The notes below the pieces were generated by a model. The model made no database searches. It was not told the origin of the DNA and was given only the letters and a program-made list of their open reading frames with translations. Below, piece after piece: positions 1 through 13,589 of a stretch of 54,553 bases of DNA. Made by a program: the position numbers and the translations under genes. The stretch comes from Rhizodiscina lignyota (taxonomy: Eukaryota), in contig ML978133.1 in NCBI GenBank assembly GCA_010015805.1, forward strand, positions 806,001-860,553. The letters are read 5' to 3'. The first letter of the stretch is position 1, and every line of letters starts with the position of its first letter.

Positions 1-423
1 CCGACACTGAACGCTGCGGCATTCTACAATCTCGTGACTTCATTCTACGAGGATGTGGGTAGAGCAGCAGATGTCGAAGACTTCTACCGACTATTTACCG
101 TTCCGGGTATGGGCCATTGCAGCGGCGGTGTAGGTGCCTGGGTTATCGATGGAGCATCGCAAGGCGGCGTGATCCCGAAAGAGAAAGGAAGCAGTCACTC
201 GATGCTGTGGTCGCTGGTGGAATGGGTCGAAAGTTCTGCCGTTAAATCTGCGAGAGGCAAAGCGCCCGAAAGCATACTTGGAACCAAGTATGTCAATGAT
301 ACCGCTAGCTTAGGCATTGAGTTTGAGAGACCCGTCTGTCGTTGGCCGACTGTGGCGAAGTACACCGGAGGTGATGCTAAGGAGTCGAGGAATTGGATAT
401 GTCCCGAGAATGGCATCTACTAA
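1..423 (+). CDS. Tannase/feruloyl esterase family, C-terminal part (5'-truncated by window)
   Basis: FYRLFTVPGMGHCSGG (catalytic His motif of the tannase family), LVEWVE..AP, and C-terminal RPVCRWP...W.C; frame is open from the window edge. Confidence 0.85.
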   Translation, partial: PTLNAAAFYNLVTSFYEDVGRAADVEDFYRLFTVPGMGHCSGGVGAWVIDGASQGGVIPKEKGSSHSMLWSLVEWVESSAVKSARGKAPESILGTKYVNDTASLGIEFERPVCRWPTVAKYTGGDAKESRNWICPENGIY

Positions 424-651
424 CACAGACATAGGCGAAGGTGCAAGCAGCCGGACTTTAAGTTCAAGGAGCAAGGTGTCCACGTGTGCGTCGCTCTCAA
501 TATGAGCGTGCTCAAAACTAGTAGTACGTTCGACAAAAGTAAAACGTGCCAACACAATATCAATAATACCTTCCCAGCACATGCTGAATCTTTCGTACTG
601 GCTCACCGCATAGTCTTTCCATAGGCTTGAGCGAACTCCAAAGAACATTTC

Positions 652-673
652 CGGCTGCATATTCTGTGCACCG
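652..673. promoter_or_regulatory. CGG-N16-CCG candidate Zn2Cys6 binding site upstream of MFS
   Basis: CGGCTGCATATTCTGTGCACCG; same spacing recurs at 7402, 13568, 14043 and 16723. Confidence 0.5.
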
Positions 674-707
674 TATATTGTGTACACTGTATATTCTGTG
701 CTCCGTA
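660..707. repeat. Three imperfect tandem copies of a 16-mer
   Basis: TATTCTGTGCACCGTA / TATTGTGTACACTGTA / TATTCTGTGCTCCGTA. Confidence 0.7.
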
Positions 708-1316
708 TGCCTTACCTACGGGAATTTTTTAGCCGGCGATATATGTCCAAGTCAATACTGAAAGTCACTCATTATTAAAATTTGCTATAATTCGGTTGCA
801 CCAATGCATAGGCGAGCCTTAGGAGTTGTCCACAAAGTAGTTGGAGAATATCATATGTTCGGCGATTTTCGCTCGGCGTTTTGCGAAACTACGGTACGTA
901 CGTCCGGCGACTTGTTTATGCTCTCCTCATTCCCCGCAACCGAACTCTTTCTACCTTGTCAATCCTTCCCTTTACTGGTACCAATGTTGGGGAACTGCAT
1001 CCTGCGAGGATCTGACAGCGGTGGTCTTCATGCCCTAATGCGGAGTCCTCTCCTCTTCAGGTGTACCCCAGATCTCCGCACTTCCCCGGAAACGACTCAT
1101 ACCAAAATTCATCCATGCCTTACTACAAACCGGTATGTTAAATAAACTACCGACGACTATGACTTGCGCAGGGAGAGATAAAAGATTGTCATCTGCTTTC
1201 GCCCGACATGCAGATGCATCTGTATTGTCTTGGGACTTGCCAAGTCACATATCTGTTGTTGCTGCTCTTCATTTGGCCGAGCGATTGTGCACGTGTTTGA
1301 AGCCGAACTCGCACCC

Positions 1317-3332
1317 ATGGCAGACGACAAGTATGCGGACAAGGGACAGACCGCGGAGATAGAAGAGAGAATTGAGAATCCCGAACATCACACTGTTGTC
1401 GAGAAGGATGATATTCAGGGCGACATCGACGTCGGTGCTCAAGCTCTACAGGGGCAAGAGCTGAACTTCACGGAGCAAGGTAAGTTCTCAATACTCTTGG
1501 GACAGACTGTCGACGTTAACAAGATGTAGAGAACAAACGCATCCTTCGGAAGATTGATTGGCGTATTGTTCCTCTTGCCGCCTGGGCATGTGGACTGCAG
1601 TTTGTCGATAAGGTGTGCTATTTCGTCCCGTTGCGGAGTAATTCATTTGTTTCAGTAGGATCTAACATCTGTAAAGTCTGGTCTCGGTGCCGCTGCAACT
1701 TATGGTCTTACCGATGATCTTGGTCTCGTTGGTCAGGAATATTCATGGTGTGTCTCCGTAAGTTGTCCCAAGGACATCGTCTGTCCGTGGTACTGAATTA
1801 ACGCTTCCACACAGATATTCTACTTTGGTTATTTGGCTGGCGCGTTCTTCTCCGGCCGTGCCCTCCAATGGTTTCACGCCGGGAAGGTCATCGGAATAGC
1901 CTTCTTCCTTTGGGGATGTACATTACTGGGCTGTGTTGGGGTTCACAATTTCTCAACATTGATGGCCTTGCGCTTCCTGCTCGGGTAAGAAGTTTCGGGT
2001 CATTCTTTGTCCGTCCGAGCTAATTGTACATTTGAAAGCATCTTTGAATCTGCACTTGTACCTGGTCTCATGCTCATGTAAGGAACCCTCGAACGCTTTC
2101 TCGCTCGTGCATTGACAATCTTTTAGTACCACTATGTGGTATACGCCCCAAGAGCAGCCCTTCCGCTTCGGTTTATGGACTATGACGAATGGTGCCATGC
2201 CCGTACCATTCCTTGTCATCTACTATGGCCTTGGTCATGTTGATCACGGTCCAGTGAGATCCTGGCGCCTGATCTTTCTTCTGATCGGACTGCTCAGTAT
2301 TGTGACCGGGGTCGTTCTCTACTTCTTTATGCCGGACAACCCAGTGACGGTGAAGTGGCTGAACGAGCGGGAGAAGGCCATCGCTGTCAAACGCGTCGCG
2401 GATTATCAGCTGGGTATCAAGAACTCACACTTCAAGTGGGAGCAATTGAGGGAGGCCCTCACGGACTACCGATTCTGGATGATGACGCTGCAAATGTTAA
2501 CCTCCCAAGCTGCGGGTAACGTGACTACTAATTTCCTGGGCATAATTATCAAGGCAAGTCTACTGAGCTGGGTTGGGAAAAGGAATCAGCTCATCTTTAA
2601 CTTGTAGGGCTTTGGCTACACTGCATTGAGAGCTCAGCTCTATACTGCGCCAAATTACGCGACCCAGGTATGAAGATCCGCAAGTTTAATGGCAATATCT
2701 AAACAATTCGAATAGGCTGTCACCCAAATGGTAGTTTCGATACCACCGACCTTCTTCCGGCCCTTCCGCAATTACAAGCAACCATTAACAGCCGCAGCGA
2801 GCATTGTTGCTGTAGCTGGAATCGCCGTACTTTATGTCACTCCAGCAGAACCCCAATACCAGGGACGCCGTCTTGGTGCCTGTATTATCATCTCCTGCTC
2901 TGGAGTGAACTATACTGTCGTCATGTCCGTTATCGGGTCCAACGTGGCTGGCTTTACCAAGAAACAAGTCACGACTTCAATGGCGTTCTTTATGTATTGC
3001 ATCGTCAATATTGTCACTCCTCAGACCTTCCTGGGTCGGGAGGCTCCACGATATCATACTGGTCTGGGATTCGTGCTCGGGTACGTATGATTTTTACAAT
3101 TCGTCTCATGTGTTTTGTTTCGCGCGGCTGACTCGTTATGTTTAGAATGTTGTCTGCTTTCATCACTCTCACAATGGCCACATGGCTTGTCTTCAGAGTG
3201 GAGAACGCTCGGCGGGATAAGCTGGCACTGACCGACCCCGACTATACGACTGGGCAAGATAATGAAGATCTTCTGTCGGGCCTCCGAGATGAGACGGACC
3301 GTCAGAACAACCACTTCCGCTACTCCGGCTAA
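1317..3332 (+). CDS. MFS transporter, allantoate permease (Dal5)/anion:cation symporter family, multi-exon
   Basis: ILRKIDWRIVP, QFVDK, QEYSW..SIFYFGYL, LRFLLG.FES, WYTPQEQPFR, WLNEREK, SNVAGFTKK, EAPRY, DETDRQNNHFRY; many short introns including a GC-AG intron at 2554-2607. Confidence 0.9.
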
Positions 3333-4028
3333 GGAAGCATAAGATACGGCACCTGATAACCGTTCTACGGCTCACGACATCATGGTTGGGAGAAGCGGGC
3401 TGCGATAAGATCGCACGATTTGCTGTGACAGTGCCTTAAGTATTTGATTTTTGTCTATGGCGATCTGATGAATCATAATTGTCTCAAAATGCGGAAGAAT
3501 TGCGAATGACAACATCATTGACAGTGTTCTTCCAGCTGATTCTATCTATTCTTGAATAAGTAAATCTCTGTTCTTTGGAAAAGTGCCGAATACGTGTTAG
3601 GTATGTGCTGTTAATAACCGGCAATCCTGAAGTCGCACCAAATATCAAGTTCTTGTTTATCTCATCAATGTGATTGACTATTGCAGCAGCGACACGCCTC
3701 TGGAAGTAGCAGCAGGTACTGATTTTCAGCTCCGCAAGATTGCTAGCACCAAGGAGCCGATTGCCTTGTGCAATCCAATAGTTACCTAGCTAATGGGCAT
3801 AACGGCCACAGAAACGGCGAACTCGATCAAGAATCGCCGCGAACGCAGACATTAACGCTGTACTGATACTTTGTAGGCCCTCTGGAACAATCCCAAGATC
3901 CCCGAACTATAACTCGTCCATTGCGGATTCCAAGCACAGAGATTATAAGTACAGGGCTCTTACTGAGACATGCAGAGAAATTTTTGGATCGGAGACAGTA
4001 CTGCTACCGTAGATCCGGGAGGGGTACA

Positions 4029-5761
4029 TTATAGCCTGCTGGGAACTACGTCAATCTTCTCAGGCCGCACAACATCTCGTGGATCTGCCGGTGGAAGCTG
4101 TGGTATTGGCAGATTCAATTCCGTCGCGACTGCACGAGCAGCCCAATAGCCAGTTACGAATGCGAGCGCAAGACCTCCAGCGTATTGCGAATTACTGAAC
4201 CCACCGGCGTCCACACCAGCAACTAGCAGTCCTGAAATCGGTTGTTTGTCTGCGGTTAATGCGCGACCTGCAGTGTCGATTGCAATGCCGCCGTATGTAA
4301 AAGTTATGCTGAGGAAAAGGGATGTGAGCAAGAGGAAAATTCACGAAGTGTGACGCTACGGAATGTAGGTCACTTACGATGGCTGCACTTCCATAGCCCA
4401 GAACGGACCCTCCCCTTCTACGAGCGGAGCAGGCGGTGCAAGTATTCTTCCCACTGGTGCGTCGAGAACTGCTTCAGAATGCCTCATTCCAACTTTGCGA
4501 TGATACTGTTCGAGAGTTCGCCGGACCTGTGCACCGTCTACACTCCAGCTATCTAGTGTACTGACGAGCTCATCTAACGTTTGAGCGCCAGCAACATTGC
4601 AACCGTGCTCGCGTGCCGTCTGGAGACGGTCTACGTTTCCACCATTGGGGAAGAGCGCTCCGAGGCAGTGCTGGAGTCGCGTTTTCTCGCTGTTCAGGAC
4701 ATTAGTGACAAAGACCGGGAACGGCACGGTCTATTGCGAGTTTGGTGAGTACTCACTTGAACAACAGGAATCCGCGACGGTTCGTCTGCTTCGCAAGATA
4801 TTGGTTGATTACTTCGTCGCCGAGTGTCTCATCTACGAAACGTCGACCGTATTCATTGATGAGCAGACAATACTTACTCTCTATTCATCCGTTAGCAGTT
4901 ATAGATTTTCATTCTCGTCAAGACATACGATATTGAGCAAGTGGTAAATATTGTTTCGGGTCAACTTCTTCTGATCGAACTGGACCAGCAAACAAATGCC
5001 CGTAATAGGTGTCCATTCCTCGACTTGTGCCCGCGCCCACTGCAGTCGCAAGATTTAAGCCATCTCCCACAGATCCAGGATTGGAACGTACGAAGATGTT
5101 GCTCCCTCCCGGTCCAAGATGCGCTGACTTGAGCTGCGGCGAGCCTTGGAATCCTCCCGTAGACAATACGGTCACTTTGGCGTTCACTTCGATATACTCG
5201 GATCTACTCTCCTGCAAAAAGTTACGCTTCACAATTGCTCCGGTGATGCGAGAACCATGGATCCCGGGCATCTCTTGGGTGAGTTTGATGATTTGGGTAT
5301 TTAGGAATATTTCGGAGCCGGTATTACTATTCTGTATACGCCGTTGGTGCAGCTTATGGAGGTGTGGGATCTTAATAGGATAGCCAATTCCAATAGTCAT
5401 GATCGGTTCGAACTTTGGCGACGTTGGTACACCCATGAGTCTCATCCATTGGACGGCTGGTAGGTAATCTTCCATCCAGGTATGCTGCAAGCCGGGATCG
5501 CCGTCTGGAACCCACGACCTTAAGCTCTCGTAGCTTTTCGGCGCCCAGCTAAGGAAACGGTCGTAAGTACCTAAAATCTTGACCAATTAAGAGAGAAATG
5601 AGAACATACAACATGCCAGCGGAATAGGCTGAGGACCCGCCAACTTGAGACAGCTTCTCGACAACAAGCACTTTTGCGCCAGCCTCTGCAGCAAATGCTG
5701 CACATGACATGCCAGACATGCCACCGCCACAAACCAGGACGTCGACAGAAATGGCCTTCAT
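4029..5761 (-). CDS. FAD-dependent oxidoreductase, FAD_binding_2 (fumarate reductase/3-ketosteroid dehydrogenase/TcuA-like), C-terminal PTS1 SRL
   Basis: DVLVCGGGMSG Rossmann motif, VEK..QVGGSSAYSAG, LSTGGFQG, GDGL, ITFTYGGIAID, AGVDAGG..Y.GGLA; 4 exons; ends VVPSRL*. Confidence 0.85.
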
Positions 5762-5983
5762 TTTTCCTTTAAAAGAAACTCCGATGCTATAAATGACGGT
5801 AAAGAATTGGGGCAGAGAATGAGAAGGTTCAACCACCAATGTTATTTTGGGCCGAATTGATGCATTCGCGAGCTTTAAGAAATAAGTACCTAGCAGCTAA
5901 AATACCATACCTTATTGCCGTGCAGAACACAAACCGTGTTGGTATGGTTTGGATTGGTGGGGAAGTATTTCCCGTTTGGAGTC

Positions 5984-6006
5984 CGGTGCATTAATTTGAG
6001 AGGCCG
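5984..6006. promoter_or_regulatory. CGG-N17-CCG variant site upstream of the flavoprotein gene
   Basis: CGGTGCATTAATTTGAGAGGCCG closely resembles CGGTGCTTTAATTTAGAGACCG at 13568. Confidence 0.45.
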
Positions 6007-6119
6007 CCGCCGGACCAATACTGAGCGCGGACTTTTATGGAATGTGACAGCCTCAACCGTATTGTATAGAGAACAATATCGCTATTCTCATTGAATATGC
6101 GGAATGTATATGACTACGG

Positions 6120-7338
6120 CTACAATTTTCCACCTGTAATCCGATTGAGAAATAGAACTAACTGCGAGTTCGAGAGCGACTTACGAGCAAGAGTGCCTTC
6201 TAATCCGCAACTAGCAGCAACATTGTGCCATGATGCCATTCCACGCTTCGCCCATTCATCCGGAACTCTACAATACGTACAGCGTCAGTAAATAAGACAC
6301 AGGTTAAAATGAGAGGTCTCAGTCTTACGAAGGGCTTGGCTTCCACAATTCCAAGTGAAATACTTCCATTGAGACCCATCCTCGATATCCAATGTCGAAG
6401 ATCGCCTTCGCTACATCAAGTGCAGGCAACGTACCGCCGTGCTGAGGCTCGCAGGGGAAGATACGACAATTCCGAGACTGTGTCATAAACGGCGGCTGCT
6501 TCAAATCTCGCATGGGATAGCCTTTCTGCTCTGGGTCTGCAACAGTCGCATCGCTTAATTGGAAATACCCAATGTCGCCAGCTTTGACGGTCCTCTTCAA
6601 TTCTTCCAAGCTCTGTTTCAATCTCTGTGAAGCATCCGGCCGGACGGGAGAGGAAGCATTGAATGGATCTCCCGCCTCCTTCGCTGCGATGTGAAAGGTG
6701 TCCATGCAAAATCTAACATTCGGGAGATTAACTAAGGCAAGAATGTCGCGCATTTGCTGCCATGTGTTGATGTGGATGCCCCATGCCACTGCTTCGTACG
6801 CAACAATCAAGTCATACTTTTGAGCCAGATGACCAAGCCGCTTCAAGTTTTCGGCGATCTTGTGGTAATCAGAAGTGAGCGGTTTTCGTATTGGATAGAT
6901 GCATGATGGAATCTAGAAGCACAGTCAGTCGACTGGAAATGAAATTGAGAAACACTCTCTGACTTGGAAGATTGAAGCCCGAAGTATGTTGCAGACCTGG
7001 CACCACAATTCAGCTTCCTTGAGGCGAGCTTCAATGTCTTCTGGATCAGCGAGCGAATCATAGAACCCAAAAGGGTTCACTGCAATGATTTCCAATGACA
7101 ATGAATCTGCTTTCTTGACAACATCGCGAGCGGCGGCGCGCAAACGTTCGGCATGAGAGGGTTCTCCTGAAAACGCGCCGGAAGTGGCGTGTGCTTCAAG
7201 ACACTCCCAAGCCACCTCCACGCCATCGAAACCATGCGCCCGAGCTGCCTCCATCTTGCGATGAATGCCATGACCGGCAGCAGACTTGCCGAGAGAGTTC
7301 GTGCTAATAGCAATGCGTATATCAGAGGACTGGACCAT
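6120..7338 (-). CDS. 3-dehydroshikimate dehydratase (qa-4/qutC)-like xylose-isomerase TIM barrel, copy 1
   Basis: IAISTNSLGKSAAGH...KMEAA..HGFDGVE resembles the qa-4 N-terminus; YEAVAWG, DTFH, QLSDA, RIFPCE, GYRGWVSMEVF; last exon VPDEWAKRGMASW...GKL*. Confidence 0.8.
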
Positions 7339-7401
7339 TTTCGCTGCTCTCGCGTTCGAACAGAAACTCGTCAGTTGCCTCCTGATATGTCGATGAGACT
7401 C

Positions 7402-7423
7402 CGGTCGACAAATTTTGCGACCG
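7402..7423. promoter_or_regulatory. Palindromic CGG-N16-CCG site in the short divergent promoter between the qa-4-like gene and the SDR
   Basis: CCGGTCG-ACAAATTTTG-CGACCGG inverted repeat (7401-7424), followed by two ACGCGT. Confidence 0.55.
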
Positions 7424-7601
7424 GACGCGTCCGACGCGTTAAGCACTCACGGGTATCTCATTTCATCAGCATACAGCCGAGTGCAGTGGAAAAAGCGCGG
7501 CGTCTATAATCAGAGTCCCGTGAATGTTCTGAGGCTTTTCAAAATGGCGTCAGACAGCAGATTGCGGTGTTTGAAGAAACGATCAATCATCCCCGTCCGC
7601 A

Positions 7602-8759
7602 ATGCCTCTTCGAGCGAAAGTCAATTTTCCTGGTACCGTGGCGGCCGCAGCAAGCCCGCGAGTTGTAATCGTGACAGGTTTGCAAGCCTTCTGTATAGAA
7701 GTTGAGTCCGTTCTGATAACAAGGGTACAGGTGGTGCGGACGGGTTTGGGTCGGCCATCGTTGATCGGTTTAGTAAAGAAGGCTGCAAAGTCATCTTCCT
7801 CGATCTTGATAAAGTAAAAGGGCCCGCCAAAGCTCAGTCCAACAGTAATTTACACTTCATCTTCGGCAATGTGGCACGTCGTGAATGCTGGCAAGAGGCA
7901 TTGGATTTCGCGAAAAAGCAGTACGGAAGGCTTGACGTCGTTGTCAATAATGCCGGTACGGACAATCCTCACCTTAGTCCTGCGGCAATCATGTTAATTT
8001 TTTTAAATCACAGGGATTACATACGAGCCTTCAGTACGTCCATCCGTACGTTTGCGTGTGATATGAAGCTCACAAAGTCGGTAGCAAGTGCACACGAAAT
8101 CGATCGAGTTGTACGAAAAGGTCTTCGATGTGAACGTCAAAGTACATAGGCCGTTTGTTGCCGCTGAGGTTCCTTTCTGACTTCTTTCTCAGTCGGTGTT
8201 CCTTAGTGCTCAAGTGATATGTCCATTCATGCTAGAGCAAGGGAGTGGAGCTTTTATAAATATCACGAGGTGTGTTAAGAGCAATGCGAATTAACCACGG
8301 CAGCTCACCAAGAAATTCAAAGCACGGGATGCACTCGCCCAAGGCCAGGATTTGCCTTCTACAATGCCTCGAAAGCTGCAGTTCACGTAAAATTGCTCTC
8401 AATTGACGCAAAGCCTCAAAGCTGATCACGAGGTAGCTCGCTTCAAAGACTATGGCCCTCGAATACGCGCCCACCATCCGTTTCAATTGTATTTGTCCTG
8501 CAGTGGGAAATACGGCAATGCAAGTGGCCTCGCATCTACCAAAGTAAAACCACTAACGAAACTTTCTCAAAGGCTGCAGAAGAGCATCGGAAACGATGAT
8601 CAATCTGCAGAGCGCCTGCGGAAGCTGGAGATGATGCTGCCTATGGGAAGGGTCACGGAACCTGAAGATATCGCTAATGCTGCTTGGTATCTGGGCTCGG
8701 AGCAAAGCTCGTTTGTCACTGGGACCATGCTTGAGGTCGATGGCGGACGAGGTGTGTGA
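7602..8759 (+). CDS. Short-chain dehydrogenase/reductase (classical SDR, FabG/TsaC-like), many small exons
   Basis: Spliced VIVTGGADGFGSAIV, NNAG, RPRPGFAFYNASK (YxxxK), PEDIANAA.YL.SEQSSFVTG..LEVDGGRGV; GC-AG intron at 8520-8572. Confidence 0.85.
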
Positions 8760-9179
8760 CATGAACGTAATCCATCTTCTTGTTGTCGGAGTAGCACATT
8801 TAATAGATCATCTACCCCTACAGACTCACAAAATGCAGGCGTTCGAATTGAACTCAGGGCGATGAGCTTGAACGAGGAGATCACGACTTTGCCTTCAGCG
8901 ACGATAGCTGTCACGAAAATGGTTTTTGTAACACATACTAATTATTACCCCGTATACCGTATCGTTACTCACGAAAGCTTAACTAAGTAGCCGCTAAGAG
9001 TTTACTAGTCTACCAGGGGCCTCCCACTCATACTCCGCATTAACCCCACCTCACGCGAATATGTTCGATGAACAAAGATTAGCTTGGGATAGTTGGCACC
9101 TAAAGGAAGGTTTCTCATAGTATTACTCTTCTCTTGTCACGTCCAAAAATAAAGCTGGTTGTCCAGTGTGCTTTAACAC

Positions 9180-11757
9180 ATGACAACGGAGATTCAGGAG
9201 TCTTCGCCCTCGGCGAAACGGCGTTCGTCAACTTCAACGCCCGCAGCATGCGAAGCATGTCGAAAATTGAAAGTACGTCTGCCATGATTGAACGGCAGAC
9301 TCTGTAGTAACTGGAATCGTGTAGATGAGATGTATCAGGGTCGAAGGTGCCGATACAAGACCGGGACCCGTCGATCCCTGCGACCGATGTAAACGCAATA
9401 AACGACCCTGTATCATCCCAAAGCCGCGTCCTCTGGGTCGTAAACATGGAGCACTCGGTCGATACCAAGGCATCGAGAAGGCAGTCCGCAAAATCAAAAC
9501 CGAGCTACGGAAAGCGCAAGCGTCAGGTGATGATGTCCTCAGCCTTCCAGGACTGGCAGATTTTGTTTCGAGCGAAGGCGACATGCGCGATATTCTGCTT
9601 TCGGATAATGCTACTCAAATACAGGATGATTCTCCGACACATCAAGATGAGAATCAATCTTCGCGGGCCGTGAATCCACGCCCCACTTCGTCATACTCGA
9701 ATGATTCATTTCAAGAGGATGCAGCACTTGTTCAAAATCCCAGTGAGAGACGGCCACACCAGCACAACGAAGAGCCTATCAGCAATCCCCTAGGCCTCGT
9801 GGCAGATGCATCTGGAGAAGCACAGGCCCAAGTAAGGCAATCCGTAGCTTCAGGAACTTCTCCAGTATCAATTGGATCAAGCACTCGACAGACGGCCTTT
9901 GCCCAGGAGAGCGAGCCTCGAAGTCTGGCCCGGCACTTGTTGAGAAGGCCTGGATATGTATCACTTGGCCTGAAGTTGAGCAGAGAAAGCCTCGAGCTAG
10001 GCTTGGATACCCTCTTTGCTCATGCTGGCCTCACGTGTCGATATTCCGACTATTTTACTCCTGCAGATACCAATCAACCTCGCGACACGGGGCCGGATTT
10101 AGACCCAGTTGACTTAGGCCTGGTAACCATGGAGGAAGCACATTATCTATTCCCAATGTAAGTTAAACAATGTCTCATTAAGAACACCTTACAAGTACAG
10201 TACTCATTTCGTCTTCCCAGGTATTTCGCTCGTCTTCACCCTTTCAACGGCATTCTTGACCCAATCTTGCATACGCCAGAATTTGTACGATCTCGTTCAG
10301 CATTGCTCTTCACGTGGATTCTGGCTATCACTTCCCAGTTTGACCACGCTTCAAGTTCGATGGCTAAGAGGTTACGGCTGCACGGAGAGAACTTATCAAA
10401 ACATGTCCATGCACACGGATTCAAGTCAGTCGAAATTGCGCAAGGATACTACGTCTCACTACTCTCCGCTACACCTGCAAAGACAATGTCAGAGGAACGG
10501 TCATGGATCTACACAAACTATGCCTTCGGCATGGCCGCTGAACTGGTTTTTGATCATCAGTCTCGACCGCAGAATTCCCTTACACCACGAAGGCGAACGA
10601 GAACTTCCTCTCCTTTGCCTCTCTCAAGTGCGCAGGAGAGTGGAATGGCAAGATCAATCGGTGCAATACGTGATCCAAATATCAACATTTCTGAGGATCC
10701 CTATCGCCCTCAACGGCTTGCCAGAAACCGTGAGCGGACTTGGCTGAGAATCCTCTTGTGGGAAAGAGCGCACAGTGCAGCTCGAGGCAGGATGAGTTCT
10801 TTTCCCGACACTGAGATAACACTCCGGATCGAAGACTGGTGGACACATCCTCTCGCGCTACCAGAAGACAGATATACGTGTGCCTTTATTTTGCTGCGAC
10901 GACAATTGGCACGGTTGCACGATGAGATAAGACGACAGGCCGAATTTTCGCACATCAATCATCATTGGGTGCGAGATCTTGTTGATTCTACTCTTAGGCC
11001 CTGGCGACAGACGTGGCTGGCACCCCCGGATGCTTTCACGACCCCGACTGCCGACCAAGTTGCCAATCTCTATCTGAGCTACGTCTACATGCATGGCAGA
11101 CTCTGGACCTTATCATTCGCATTACATGGACCCACAAGCGGACGTGAGGACTCTTATGCAATCAAAGAAGATTGCTTCGAAGCGGCAGTCAGCTGCTGCG
11201 AAATTGCTGTCCGAGACCTGCAACAAGTTGGAGAGCCCATCTACTGCATGTTAGCACCAACTTGGGCCATGATTTCGTACGCTGCTGTTCTCGCACTGAA
11301 GCTGTTCCCCATGCTACATGGCAATCGAGCTGGCTATGAGGTTGAACTTCTCGCGCTCATCTCACAAGTTGCACTGCAACTGGAGCGCGCAGGAACAACG
11401 CCAACGCATCGCTTTGGCATCTCAGCACTTCTTGGGCAACACCTGTTCTTAATACTACGCAACAGGGCAAATGTGTTGAAAGAGCTAGCGAAGAATGGCA
11501 AAGATGGGGAGGAGCGCCAAAGTGCTGCGGCTGGCGAATGGCAGGCTCTGCATAGACATGGTCTTCAGCACTTGCCCAACGAACAGCAGACGGAGAGATT
11601 GAACGACCCGCCACTGCTCTTCGATCCGCTCGTTTCAGCATTCGACCCATTTCTGACTGGCCCGCCTCTACCAGGCGAAGAGGAGTTTGCCCCTGATGAC
11701 GCGTTTAGCGAAATGATTCGTGAATGGTTCGGTCAAGGCTTTGGAGGGGTTATTTGA
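9180..11757 (+). CDS. Zn(II)2Cys6 fungal transcription factor with middle homology region
   Basis: Spliced ACEACRKLK|MRC...PCDRCKRNKRPC; DPVDLGLVT..EA..LF, YF..LHP, RNRERTW; 3 exons. Confidence 0.9.
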
Positions 11758-11868
11758 TGGGGAACTAAATCTATAAATTCTCTAGATGTCTCATTGGGCA
11801 CCTTCTGTATACGCACACCTGTACAGCAATGATCTATTTCGGGTTCTATTCCAACGCGAGCGCCTCCT

Positions 11869-13407
11869 TCACAGCTTACTCTTAGGAACATCCGGTATGT
11901 CACACTCACTAAACCGAACCTCTTCCCGCATCGCTTTGTTTACAAAGTATGGATCTTCTCTCAACGGCCGACCCAAGCCACACATATCGATGTCTCCTTT
12001 TGCAACTGCCTCCGCCATCCGATGGCTGTCACGCCAACCACCTGTGGTTCCGATCACGGCGCGAGACTATTCAGTCAGGCTACGAGTAACATAAATCGGT
12101 TGAGATTGCTTACCAGCACTTTCTTCAACTCCTGGGCCCACTCAATGAAGTAACTTCCACGTTCCTTCCTCGATGGCCTTTCGGCGAGCTCGGTCATGAT
12201 GTTGCCCCTCCAAGCTGGTGTTGCGTACGTGCCGCCAGATATGTCGAAGAAATCTACGCCTGCCTCTTCTAGCCATTTGATGACTACGCATTGCTCCGCG
12301 AAGCTTTGACCTCCTTCCATGACTATTGGGTCGGACTCAGTACTCACAGATGGGATGTTGAAGAGACATTGGATTCTTACAATCGTGGCAGCTTAATTTT
12401 GCTGCAATGACGAACCTGCGCGACGGACATTTTGCTTTGATCGCGTTTACCAATTCGAGGACGAACCGAGCGCGATTCTCAAGGCTTCCGCCATACTGGA
12501 TTCCATATCAGAGATCAATTTGGAGTGGAAGAGCCACATCATGTCATACTCGACACGCACCTCGTCTGTTCTCTTGTTTGTTTTTGGAGACAAAAATTGA
12601 TTTATGATATATCCATGGCAGGCATGTAACTGTGCGTGTATCAGCACCATATAATCAGAGCATTGCTCAACTCACAATGATGCCGTCCGCGCCAGCTTCG
12701 GCTAGAACCCCTGCAGCCCAAACATACCTCCCTATCAGCTCCTTAATCTCCGCCTTACTCAGAGGTGTCGGCTTGCCGTACGTCTTGTTCAAACAAGGTT
12801 CCAGCTGTACATCGGATGACGACTTGGGGTGCGGATTTATAAAGTCTGGGACTTGTCGGCCTGGATACTGGAGCTGCGGCAGACACAGCGCTCCGCGAGA
12901 CTTTGCTGCTTTGATGGCGGGCCGAAATGCCTCGACAGGGTCCCAAGGATTCCGTGGATCTAGCACAGCGTTGTTGTAGTTCTCAAGGCTGTTCCGGTCC
13001 ACGGGGATGTTGCCGAAGCAAATCAAGCCAGCGCCGCCGTCTGCGAGTTCTGCGGAAACGGTGAATACAAGATCATGGAATAGTGACAGGCTGTAGAGGG
13101 CGAGACATTGTACCTTGGTAGAGTTCTACATATCGTGGTAGTGGCCTGCCTGTACTTTCGATGTTGTTCTCATCGTATGATGAGGCGTATTCGGATAGTG
13201 GTGTGCGGTAGAGTCGATTGGGGATTACTTTGCCAGATAGCTTGAGAGTAATAGGCTTTTGGATAGACGTAAGCTGTTGAAACCAAAGGGACTAAAGTTC
13301 CTCGTCTGCTATTGCCATTGACAAACAAAGGGCACATCTTATTCAGAGAGAGTTTACACACGCACCTGGGCCAGAGCAGAAACAGGGGAGATATTTTGAG
13401 GAGACAT
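11869..13407 (-). CDS. NADH:flavin oxidoreductase / Old Yellow Enzyme family, C-terminal PTS1 SKL
   Basis: PNRL.[62 protein letters not shown], GLGRP; ends PKSKL*. Confidence 0.9.
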
Positions 13408-13567
13408 CTTTGAAAGTATCGACGTGTGAGAATGATTAAACTCACATACTAAGTAAGAAAATCAACGCGATCTAATTCCGTCATAATAGAAATTTCATGG
13501 CTTGAATGCTTCACGAAAATGCCAGATCCTTTCATTCTTCGACCAAGGCCGATGCCACGGGCTGGAT

Positions 13568-13589
13568 CGGTGCTTTAATTTAGAGACCG
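13568..13589. promoter_or_regulatory. CGG-N16-CCG site, OYE-proximal
   Basis: CGGTGCTTTAATTTAGAGACCG. Confidence 0.55.

Noticed and set aside
660..707. CRISPR-like or transposon repeat
   Set aside because: Only three adjacent imperfect 16-mers with no spacers, in a eukaryotic context
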